From Pocillopora damicornis (taxonomy: Eukaryota), in assembly GCF_003704095.1 (NCBI RefSeq), contig NW_020845867.1, forward strand, positions 930,001-994,000: a DNA stretch of 64,000 nt, written 5' to 3'. Position numbers and translations under genes: made by a program. This document shows, piece after piece, positions 1-11,500 of this stretch. Within the stretch, counting starts at the first letter, position 1. Each line of letters starts with the position of its first letter. The notes under the pieces were generated by a model. The model ran no database searches. It was not told where the DNA came from and saw only the letters and a program-made list of their open reading frames with translations.

Positions 1-264
1 TCGCCATGCAATTGAAAATTATTCTAATTAACAGACCCTTTAATTTGTTGCCAGTAATTGAAATAGTATGCCCGTTACTTCTCTGATTCCCCAGTTTCCA
101 GTTCATTACTGAAGGCAATTTGGTTATCCTTTGTTGTGGTGCCTTCATGGTGCTTTTTTATTAGTTGGAAATCTCTTACTTTCACTTTATTTTGAGGGTT
201 TTCACCACTGATGACTGCTTTGCACTTAAACATCTCACTTAAAATAATTTCTTTTCTCCTACAG

Positions 265-3200
265 GTCCGCCACGCATCAATCTCGACAAGTCCTCGCCCT
301 CTAATCTGTATTCGTTCATTGGTAACCCTTCCCCAGTGACAATAAAGTGCCTATGGTGGGGATCTCCAGTTCCTGATATCCGCATAACAAAGGGTAATAA
401 AGAGTTACCGAGTGAAGAGGTACAATCTAATCCACCACGATTGGAGGCTACTGTAACTGTGAAAAATGATGAGGATTTTACAACCTACACATGTCACGCG
501 ACCAATGTGTACGGCTCAGCGTCTTATGACGTCGCCATCAATAAAGCCGGTAAGTGGTGTTGTCCAAAGGGATGGGAGGGTCAGGTTGGTTTGTCAATTT
601 AAGTTCCCTTCACGATAACTGTGTGAGAGTTTGAAAGTTTCATACCCAGCATGCAGTGAAGTGCTTTTCTGTTTGTTTTGTTTTGTTTGTTTTCTTTTCC
701 CTCGTTTGTTTGTTTGTTTTAACTCAATTTTAAATTTATGCTAGGAAAACCCAGTCCTCCGACAAACATCACGTTCGTTACCACATGTGATCACTTAACA
801 GTGGCCTGGAGAGAGCCGGAGTCTGATGGAGGTTTGCCACTGACGCATTACACCATAGAGCTAAAGGATGCCGGGAACTCGCTCGATGTCGTGTATATCG
901 GTGTACAAACTACAAGGTTTACCTTCACAAACCGCGAGGGCGTGAAACCGAGGACACTGTACAACGTTGCATTACAGGCTTTTAACCAACTTAATGACGG
1001 AAATAAAGGAGAGAACGATGTCGTGTCTGCTTACTGTGAGTGATATGGTGACATCTTCTTTTAAATCAAAACATGGAGCTACGCTTGTATTTTGATGTTA
1101 AGCCTAAATTTTGCAAATTTCGTTCCTTAAATCCGTTTTTATCTTCGCTATTCGTTAATAGTTCTCGACCGCTCATAGAGGATTTCAATGGGGTTAACCG
1201 ATAGCCGCAAAATGGCAAAAAAGTTTAGCCTTTAACCGTAAAAATTGAAAAATGCTTACAGTTAGTCGTAAAAAGTATTAACCATAAACAGTTTTGTTTA
1301 ATCGCAACAGAAAAAAAATTAACTGTTAGCCGTAAAATAGCCAAAATTTTGAACGATAGCCGAGAGAGCCATCAATCCATGGAGGCCCTCTTTTGAGTTT
1401 ATTATTACCTCTCAGTTTGGTGGTATTCTCTCTGACCGAAATAATTTTTTGAAGTCTCATTCGAGATGATGGTTTTTTAGTACCTCACATAAAATATCGA
1501 TCAACATGTAGAGAAGTAGTAGTCCTTTCGAAACGAGCCTGTAGAACAGGCGCCATTTTGTGAGCGGGTTCTGAGAAAGGTCTTCTCGAAAAAGAATATG
1601 AAAATTAACTAGAGATAAGGAACGACTGAGAAAACGAAAGAGTTGAGTTGTCAGAAGTCCCTTACTTTAAGCGAGACCACGCTGAAACACTAAGCGCATT
1701 GACCATTTTTCTCTTCTGTCACCACCAGGCCCTCCGAGCGGTTCCTTTAACATCACGAACACAGAGACGTGGTTAAACTCCACAAGTTTCATACTGAAAT
1801 GGACTCGCCCACTCCTGGACGGGGGTGATCCTATTCTGATTTACGACATTGAGTATAGCAAGGCTGACGCCGATGGAAAGTTTGTCCACTGGAATTCACG
1901 GAAGGGTATTGGTGCGCAAGAGTACAACGTGACAGGATTACAGGGAGGGTCTAGGTACGAGTTTAGGGTATTCGTGTCTAACATCGCTGGAAGGAAAAGA
2001 GAGCCCGCGAGGAAGGAATTTAATGTATACAGCGGTGTAGGAGGAGGACCCTCCCCAGGTAAAAACACATAAGGTTTGATCATAGTAAGTGCAGTTATAA
2101 GCTATTCATTTACAAGCCGACTGTATTGCGCAAAGGGCTTTCCTTGGCGATGACATTACGAAAATTAAGGTGGCTCTGAATAGCCCTATGGCGGACACAA
2201 GTTATCAACGGTTTACAGATAGGAAGGAAGGCTTGAAAAAAATGATGATTGGTGGGGGGGGATAAAGTTTTCAAGTTGTGTGACCTTTCCTGTTTTAAGT
2301 TTCAACACAAACAATTTTGTTCTACATAATCTCTTGTGTTTCTTTTTTTCTACGTTTGGTAAAAATTTTGGAACATCAGGCTAAGAAATTTTCCTGGGGG
2401 CTACTCGCAGTTAATATGCATCTGTCATAATCGTGTCTTTTTCCAGTTCCTGCTCATAGATGTTGTATTAGTATGTTTACAAAGCAAGACTTTCAGACTT
2501 AATCCTGACGTACCTAGCAACACCAGGTTTTTCCAGCGCAATAAAACTCTCACCCACAATCAACTCTTTTTTGTCTAAGAAATGCTGAATACGAGTTATC
2601 TATGCTACAACCGCGCGTTAATTATTTTGAACGAAGTTTTAGCCATAGCGGGGCTTTTCTAGGACATCACATACAGAGAGAAATGAAACAATTAAACTCC
2701 CGAAGTGAATTATAAAGATAAAAATATTAAGGAAACACATCTCCTAAACTGATACCGTCTGACTCTTTAATAAAATATTCATACACGGCATCCCTGTAAG
2801 GCATGTTAACTTGTAAAACAAGTTGTTAGCTTTGCGTAGTTAGTTTGTTTTATCCTTTCAAATAAGTGTTCGTTTTTACCTGAATGGAAACACCGTGTAA
2901 AAATTAAGTTTAACTATTATTACCAATACTGGAACTAATAGCTACCTTTAGTTTAGACTAAAACAGTGGATAGCGTCGAAGGCGCGCTCCGATTGGCTAT
3001 TCCAATTCCGAATATCCTTTGCTACGAGCAACTCGTGCGGGATTTGCGCCCGAAAATATTGTAATCGTTGCAGAATTGAATAAGTTAAAATCATCTTTTT
3101 GTGCTATATTATCTAACTGTTTTAGCATATTCTAAAACAACTTTTCACCTCAGTGTCGGCGGCTAGTAGTGGATATTTACCTCGCTGGTTCGCGGCTTAG

Positions 3201-6071
3201 TAAATATTAACGGCTAGCCACCTCCACTTCCGTGCATAAATGTTAATTATATATCGCTTTTCCTCCTCAAAGGTACAGGAACAGGAATACTACCCACTCA
3301 GCCAGTCCTAGTATACGACATCTCAGTCAACTGCACGTCATCTTACATGCAAGTCGACTTTGCCCTGAAATCTACTTATCTTGATGTCGAGACTTTCCGC
3401 TTTGAAAACAAATCCTGCGGTCCTCTCACCGTCAGCTCTACGCGTGTTTCCTTGAGAACACCGCTGGACGCCTGCGGGACCTCAAGTCGGCAGAGCGAGG
3501 AATCCATAACTTATTTCAACAAAGTCGTAGCACAAACCAAAGATCAGAAAACTGTGTACGTTGTCGAATTTCCGTTCTCTTGTACATACAACAGACAAGA
3601 TACAATCGGAACTCCAAGTTTTCAACCAAGAAAAAAGATCACCTTTTTTGAAGGTAAATTTTGTTATAAATTCGGGATCGGTGTGAGTATCTGAACCATC
3701 CCTTAAAACAAACAACATTCAACTGATATTAAGGTAGGGTTAATGTTGGGTTAGAGGAGGGGTTGGTGCGCAGTTTCTCATATACTGACATGGATCCTAA
3801 ATTTCTTTGTATTTTTGAGCCAAAGTGTGATCATGACGGAAATAGGAAATGTTATTTAGAGTTAAACATCCCTTGGCGAAAGCTACTGTAACACTTAAAT
3901 TCTGTAAACAAAAGAACGAAATTTCTCCTAAAATAAGAGTACAAATGTTTCAGGCGTAGTACTTTATCGTCATGATTATAATTTGTTCGTTCGCGCTCAC
4001 CCACATATCACTACCACACTCTTTTGATCACGCCTGTGTATCACGCACTCTCACTTAATCATTAATTTTGGAGTTGAACGTAAGCCCTTTTTGGAAGCAA
4101 AATGTCAGCAAAACAAAAGAAAAGAGGCCAATATAGAACTTAAGAGGTTATTTCCTCTATCTTCTTTTAGAGGGGTATGGTAACTTCTCACTTGAGATGG
4201 GTCTGTACCGAAGTGCCGAGTACTTGAAACCGTATGATGTATCAGAATACCCGGTGAACATCGACCCATTCGGTCAGTTGTACTGCCAGGCAAAATTGGA
4301 CACCTCGGACCCAGACCTCATCCTCCGTGCTGACATGTGCGTGGCCACACCCAGTATGGACCCATCACACAGCATACAGTACAAGTTTATCGACAACGGG
4401 CGAGTATTTTGTTAAATAGCATAGACGCAAGTGAAATATTGTTTGAAATTTTACTACACGTCTCGTTTAAGCATCATTGTCCTTTGTCATCAGCCACTTT
4501 TTTCTTGTTTACATAAGAGTATTCCTTTGAACTAAGAGGTGTTGCAGTAGTTCAAAATCATCTGGTCCTCATTTTTAAAGCTAGGCTTGCAGTAAAGTTG
4601 TCTATTATGATATACAGTGGGTATACAGAAGGACTATGCGGATATCAGTACATTAACTACGTCTTCAAACGTTGGAAGTAAGTAAGAAGGGTGATTGTGA
4701 GTGGGGGCTTCCGTCCCCCCTAATTAATTCTCCGAATTGTTATCAAGACACTTTTTTCCGCGAAAATTATCAGGCTGCGTAATTATCTTTTTTTTTTCTC
4801 TCACTCGACAGAGTAGGGCTATTAAAGAAAAAAAAGTAAATAAAATCAAACCGTTCCAGGACCATGCTTTTAATCCACACTATTGTTTTTGTCCTTTCCA
4901 GTTGCCCTATCGATAACGGGACAGATTACACCCACACTTTGACAGACACGCAGCGCTTTCAGCTTGTGCCGTTTCGTTGGATCGCAAATTACACTGTGGT
5001 TTATCTTCACTGTAATGTCATCGTCTGTCACAAGGAAGGAAATTCACGCTGCAGCAAAGGATGTCAGTCATCAGACCTTCGGCGCAAGAGGAGCACTGGG
5101 GACGAAGAGGAACACCGCATCACCCTCGGTCCTGTCATGCTCCGCAAACCTCTTCAATCACAGTCCTATAGGACGTTTGAAGGTAATTTTGCACTCAAAT
5201 TCTCCAAACTGTTCTCTTTGCGTTTCCAAAGGTACCGACAAGGAGAATTTGTCTGACAGTCGCGAGCATTTTAAATTGGTGATCATTTCCATTATCCTCG
5301 TGATCTTTGCATTTGATTCAAGGGTGTAACTGTAAGAAGAAAGTAGTAGTCAGTCTCCGTTTGGGGTAAAATGGATAACACTTGTTTTTATTTCTGCATT
5401 GTTTGCCCCTAACTTACTACTGGTAAAACATTGATTACGAGATTCACGAAATTGTTGAAAGGGATATGTTTACTGAGGCTTGTGGAGATCCACTCATTTA
5501 CGAAAAGAGTGGAGCATTAGGCTGCCGGAGTGTGTGGTCCTCTCTCAGCTTATCCAGCCTGTCCCAGGTATTCAGTTAGTAAAACGAAGCGCGATAGTAT
5601 ACGGTGCAGGAGTGAAAAAGGGAGGCTTGGGTTGGTTTGCGTTCTCCACGCGACCCGACCCGGCCCAGACTTCCCTCGTTTAAGTTTTGCCGACTGAAAG
5701 CCTGGAACAGGCTAAGCCTACTGCACTGACATGGTTGTGGTGCAAAATGTTCGGAGTAATCAGTTTATGAAAGTGGTCTAAGATTCGAGCATAGATTCAT
5801 TTACTCCACAATCCTCTCTTTAAAGCGTTCGTCCAGTAACACTTTCTTTATCTGGTCTGCAGATCCTGTACGTCAATCAACTAACGTTCGCAGCCTCCCT
5901 TTATGGGTAATAATTCTTGTTATTTGTGGGACAGTGGTCGGAGTTGGTTTGGTACTCATCGGCAGTGTACAGCTCTACTGCTTTGTGGCAGCAAAATCTC
6001 AAAATGGGGCAGCCGCTATCGGAGAGAGTCATTCAGAAGAGATAGAACTTTTCTGCTCCGAAAATGTTTAG
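265..6071 (+). CDS. Ig-FN3-FN3-ZP-TM cell-surface/matrix protein, NCAM-related ectodomain fused to a zona pellucida module (5' end lies upstream of the window)
   Basis: Exons 265-549 (Ig: IKC...FTTYTCHATNVYG), 745-1035 (FN3: W..PESDGGLPLTHY), 1729-2058 (FN3: LKWTRPLLDGG...YEFRV), 3273-3653 (ZP-N with 4 Cys: VNCT, KSCG, DACGT, FSCTY), 4171-4399 and 4902-5182 (ZP-C: DMCVATP, DNGCP, VYLHCNVIVC, then RRKRS furin site), 5863-6071 (TM LWVIILVICGTVVGVGLVLIGSV, short tail, TAG). All junctions keep the frame; one donor is GC. Confidence 0.9.
1178..1390. repeat. Short interspersed element with internal tagccg(t/c)aaaa repeats and imperfect terminal inverted repeats
   Basis: The motif (ga/gt)tagccg(t/c)aaaa recurs several times. 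The ends gaggatttcaatgg and ccatggaggccctc are imperfectly complementary. Confidence 0.5.
2958..3248. repeat. Interspersed repeat ending in a long imperfect palindrome
   Basis: Foldback ggctagtagtggatatttac ... gtaaatattaacggctagcc at about 3161-3220. It resembles an abundant coral repeat (from memory, not searched). Confidence 0.5.
5556..5713. mobile_element. Small MITE-like element
   Basis: Near-perfect terminal inverted repeats agcctgtcccagg / cctggaacaggct. Confidence 0.5.
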
Positions 6072-8513
6072 GTTGTCTTCTGTCTCAATTTTTTTATTAT
6101 AATATAGGCATAGAGGGGTAGGAAGATTTAGGGTAAAAAGGAATTTCAGGAAACTACAAGAGTGCGAAAGTAGAGAAAATAGTAAAGTAACTCGGGTTTA
6201 ATGAAATCTTCATTGACCTGCTTTGTATACTACCTCCTGGGAAGGCGCAGTTACGTTTCCTCGGAAAGGCGTGGGGCGCAGTCTGTGATAACTAGATTGC
6301 AAAAATAAAAGCCATGTTACAATGCGCACCGCAATTCCAAGAAAAGGAGATCGAGGTACACCTCAGGTAAATAACAGACTCGAGAGAGGGGTCCTTTCAA
6401 AGGGCTTCTGGACTCGGTCCCCACCTGAAGACCAAATGGCACAAAACAAGAAGAAAACCTGTCTAAAACAGAAGTGAAGGGTTGTGTTCGTTAAATATTT
6501 TAAGGTATCTCTGCAGCTCTGTATGCGCTTTTGCGTGCTTATATATTCTGCTTTCGTTCGTAGGATGGTCATGTTAGGCGAGCAAATTAAGCCTGGTTAA
6601 CAGAACATTTGAATACATGCTAGTTCAATTTCCGTACGTTTCTATCCAGTAAACTAAATTTTCGTTAGAAAACAATTGTGCAAATTTCAATAAATGGAAC
6701 TTACTCTTATTTCTCCTCGAGAATAACTTTTCTTGTGAAACTTCGCCAGCCTCTACTTTCCTGATTATAGGGAAGAGGTACACTATTTCTGTGCGAACAA
6801 TCTAGTTCCTAGGTATTCTCTAGGAAATAAGAGAGATTCTGGAAATGATATGGCTGTGGAAGGCGGTTGGAGAGCATATTAAACCTCGCTGAGGAGAGAG
6901 AAACATGAAACCAAAACGCCAAATCCCAGGGAGCTTAGAGAGATACTAAAAACTTCTGGAAAGGATATACTTTCGCCCCCGCCTTACGAAGCTACTCACA
7001 GTATCCTCAAAAATTCTTATTCAACCAGGTAATGAAATCAAGCCACCAGATCCATCAGATGCTAAGGCGACGCATGATACCCAAAGTTCATAAAGCGAAA
7101 TTTTTTATTTTATTATATTCTTCCTCTAACATGGAGTTTAATTACGAACTGCATTGTATTTTATACATGACATTTGTCAGTTTTACTCCTGTTGGATAAA
7201 AAGAGAGTTTGTAGGCGGCAGTTTTACGGCGTTTCTTGGTTTGTCGCGCGTCTTAGCGTAACATTAATGTGTTGCGTGACAAATATTTCAAGGACGCCTA
7301 CTGAAGCACTATCGAGTAAAAATTGTCCAAATAGAGAGGAAAAAAGAGAGGGTTCACAACTTTTTCTTGTAGAGATCAGAAAACTATAAGAATTAAAAAA
7401 AAAGATTACAAAAACAAGCAAATAAAACTACAAACCCTAACCAATCTATTACCACTACTTTTACTCCGTAAACATCAACAAATTAATATAACTATATTTT
7501 CATCAATAATACCTAAATTTACCAAATAGAATCCATAAATTTCATCTAATTTAAGTATTTGCTGAAAACCTGGGGAGCTTAATACTGAAATGCAAAGCCC
7601 TCTGTTAAAACAAATCTAATTCTTCTTTACAAACCGTTTCATCATCGATCAAAAACATACAGTATCATCACCAAACTTTCACGTGAATTTAACTGCTTTT
7701 TCCCTTCATACCTTGTGTAAATATAAAAGATATTTGAGCTCGTGAGACAAAGAAAATGCCTCGTGTTTAAGAAGGAAAAACCCTTTGAGCGCGATTTGGA
7801 GCATAATGCAGGCGGTCAATAGACAAACGCGTTGCGTGACTCACACTTCGTTAACTGTGTTCGGCTTAAAAATTACGATGTACTTAATCATCACAACCAG
7901 GCAAACGTTTCAAAAACCTCTATTAACACTCCAAGGTAAGAAACTTGGCTAAAAATTAAGAACACGTATTATCACGAAAAAACCATACGACATGAGCCGC
8001 GATTACACTTTCACTCCAAAAACATTACGTTACTGCAAAGGCCCAAGTATTGTAACACAACTGAATCCCAAGCAGAATTAGACAGCTATCATCCAGTCAG
8101 TAAACAACAACTGTCCTTCCCACGTTCACACGCTAAGCTCCCTAGCAAGCCAATGAGTAGGTTGATAATGTAAATATGTCACAACATAGAGCGGCCAATT
8201 TAAATTATATACTCAGTTGATTAACCTAATCAGTCTTGTGACACCCCCACCGACGCACCTCCGCAGTTTCTTTAGAAACTTGCCCCCTCCATTAAATGAC
8301 TGGGTTGCCTGGCAACTCAAGGACCAGAGAAAGATAAGTCCGAGCTCGGAATCGCACTCTTATCTTGTGAACCAAGAAAACCGGGTGCCATTACGATAGC
8401 TGATGTATAAATCACTACAATCGATTATTAACAAACGTACTACAAAATTTATATTGTCTTCTCAGTGAGGAATGTTTCTTGCGTTGAACTATCACTCGTC
8501 GGCACTATAAATG

Positions 8514-11500
8514 TCAGAGCAGAAGATACATCCCTCCTAGACAGATTGTAAGAAACGCTCTGGGCACGAGGCTTGATTGTGAAGATGTCTCTAAAAAAGA
8601 CAACAGTAGGGGAAAGTCAAAAAACTTACACATTCAATCCTTACTTCCTTGGTGGTACTTGGCTATCTACCATCTCATATCCAACGCGCACTTGTGGAAT
8701 AATTGTTAAAAGGTTGACGGTAAGAACCAATCAAAACGCGCGTAATGGCGCGCAAAACAGCTTATCATACAAATTAACACAGTTAACTGAGTTACATCTT
8801 ACCTTCAGGATAGTTTGTTTTGTAATACTTTATCACCTTCTCGCTTTCGCCCCCTTTATTGATGGCAACCAGGACAAATTTGTAAGTCTCTTTGTTATCC
8901 ATTTGACTGATTTTCGCCTCTTGTTTCTCGGTTTCTATCGTTTTCCAAGGTCCATCGCTTCCCTTCCTCTCAACACGGTACTCTAGTTTATATTTAATGT
9001 TACTGTCGCCTCCGTCGTCCTCAGGCCGCCGCCATTTTAATGTGAATTCGTCCTCCTCCAGAAGACTGCCCTTGGGCGAGTAGATGATTGGTCGACCCGG
9101 GGCACCTAAAGAATAGAGACAAAATGGCGGCGTTTTAAAACTGCGGTCGCACTACAGGGAAGAGAGGAGATCTCTTCTCGTAAGGTAAGGGTATTTTTTT
9201 TAATGTAATTAATTTCTAGGCGATGTGACTGTCATTGTTAGCCTTAAACAAGTGTTTAAATGAGAAAATGAAAAACTACCCCTTTGCCCAAGCCAAGAGC
9301 TGATCGAGTCAGTTTTGATCATCAGAATAAAATTTCACTATGTCGACGTTGACGTCGATGACATTAACCTCACAGACATTTTTATATTCCGTCAAGAAGT
9401 CTGTAATGACCAAATTCATCTTTAATGGTTTTCTCAAGTGCTTCTCTAACCTCGTTACTAGAGTGAATGCCCAAAACCAAAGGAAATATACAAAAGACAA
9501 ACGCAAGCACCAAGCAGTTGACCAAAACGATTTCGGTAAACAGAACATTTTTTGAGCGACAAAGGTCATGTGACCAAGAAAGGCGGGAAAACAAAAACAG
9601 GGAACCCAGCTAACAAAGTCAATAATTGACTTTACAAGAGCAGGACTCCAAGACCACTTATTTACCAAGCCTGATGAGCTGGACTTAGATCTTGACACTA
9701 TGTATTAACTACAACAGCACTCGCGCATGCTCTAATTGACCTTGACCGAGTTGACCCAGCTGGGCGCGTGGGCTAGCCAAAGTTTTTATTAAAAGAAAAG
9801 TTGACCCCGCTTGGACGGTGACACTATCGTCAAAAAAAGGGTGACCCAGCTAAGGTCTTGCTTGTGATCAATATTGTCTATTATGTTGTACTTGAAGCTG
9901 GTGCTCCTGGGGTTAAGTGGCTCTAACTCCTTTTCCCAGGAGGGGACCTCTTTGTTTTAGTTCATTGTTACATGATGTGACAGATTCTTACTTCACAGCT
10001 CTGATGAGCAGACAAAACCTTTTTGTTTGTGGGAGGTCAAAGAGCTACAGAGCAAATCCTTTTTATCATTGGTACTTCTGTTTATTATGTGACACAAGGT
10101 GTTGCTGACTTCCGGTCCATGAATGAAACTGTTTATGGTTCATGTAAAATGTATATGATGCCAACTTTTAAGTTTACAAAAGTGTGGATGAAACCCTAGC
10201 ATGTAATCATGCATATGAGAACTTGATGTAAAGGGAAGTTATATATTAATGTCATATTCTTATTAATCCTGCATGCAAGCTAATTTCAATTTTTAACCAT
10301 GAGTGTGACTAAATGTCTACAAAACCTTTTTGGAGAACATGCATATTGATGTTGGGGTGTAAAGGATTGACCAGAAGCAGCAAAATTTTGTAGGTTGTAG
10401 GTTTGTAGGGGTAACAATGATTGAATTTTACTTACAGAACTGGGTAGTCTTTGTTTCCACGACACTCATGTCTCCCCATTCTGCCTTGTTGGTAGCCCTC
10501 ACTTTGATACTGTAACGAGTGTTCCGTTCCAGGTTTCTAATCGTGTATGTTGTCGAATCACCATCAACGTTACGCGTCGTGGTTTCGTAATTCAAAACAT
10601 ATTTGTTGATAGGCATGCCACCATTTTCACTGGGCGCTTTCCAAGTAAGTTTGATACTATTGCAGGTGGGAACTGGTTTCAGACCTTGAACCTGACTTGG
10701 CTTTTCTGAAAAGCAAGACAAAAAGTTCCGATAAAGTTATTTTTACCAAACACCGCCTCCTTTTGTCTAGTGACTAGCATCCGATTTCTAATTACTCTTT
10801 ACACCCTAACATCAGTATGCAAATTCTCCATACTACTCCCTGGACATTTCCTAAGGTTCTGACAAGGAGAATTTGTTCAACAATCAAGGGCTTCTTTGGT
10901 TGGTGATCATTTCCTTTATTCTCATGACCTTAATGTTTGATTCAGCAGTAATGTTGTAAGGAGAAATTGGATGCTAATCACTCTTAGGGGTTAAGAGTTA
11001 ACAGTATCACCACTAGCACTGCATTGAACATTAAAGTCACAAGTATGAAAGAAATGACCAACAAATACAGAGCCTTAGGATTGTTAAACAATTTCTCCTT
11101 GGCCACACTACAAGAAAGTAGAAAGAACAGTAAGAGGAAATTGTATACTGATATTAGGATATGTTGGGTCAAGATCTAATAAGCGATTCATCTTTCATGC
11201 TGCTACAGAATTTCATCAAAAAAGTGGCTTATTCATAACAAAATTAACAAATTAGCTTGTTTCAAAAGGACTTTCCAAAATAACCTTCAGGGTGTACAAG
11301 CTACTTTTGTAAATTTCAGAGAAGTGACTCAGGTATACTGTCAGGAAATCCCTCTACAACAAGGTACAAATAAGTCATAAAGCCACACATTGCATACTAT
11401 ACTAACAAATCTCCTCAGTGACATTAAACAAAATTTCATACTTGCTGTTTCCATTGTCACAGTTCTATTTGTCCATCCAAACTTATTATGTGCATAACAC

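Noticed and set aside
8573-8986. 137-aa + strand ORF, and similar ORFs at 1841-2083, 16005-16223, 25066-25272, 45974-46192 and 62987-63265
   Set aside because: These are antisense shadows of real exons on the other strand and have no recognisable motifs.
9905-10110. Intronic snoRNA (hairpin ctcctggg/cccaggag, with TGATG and CTGA words)
   Set aside because: The boxes are imperfect and antisense to the host gene, and I could identify no terminal stem or rRNA guide.
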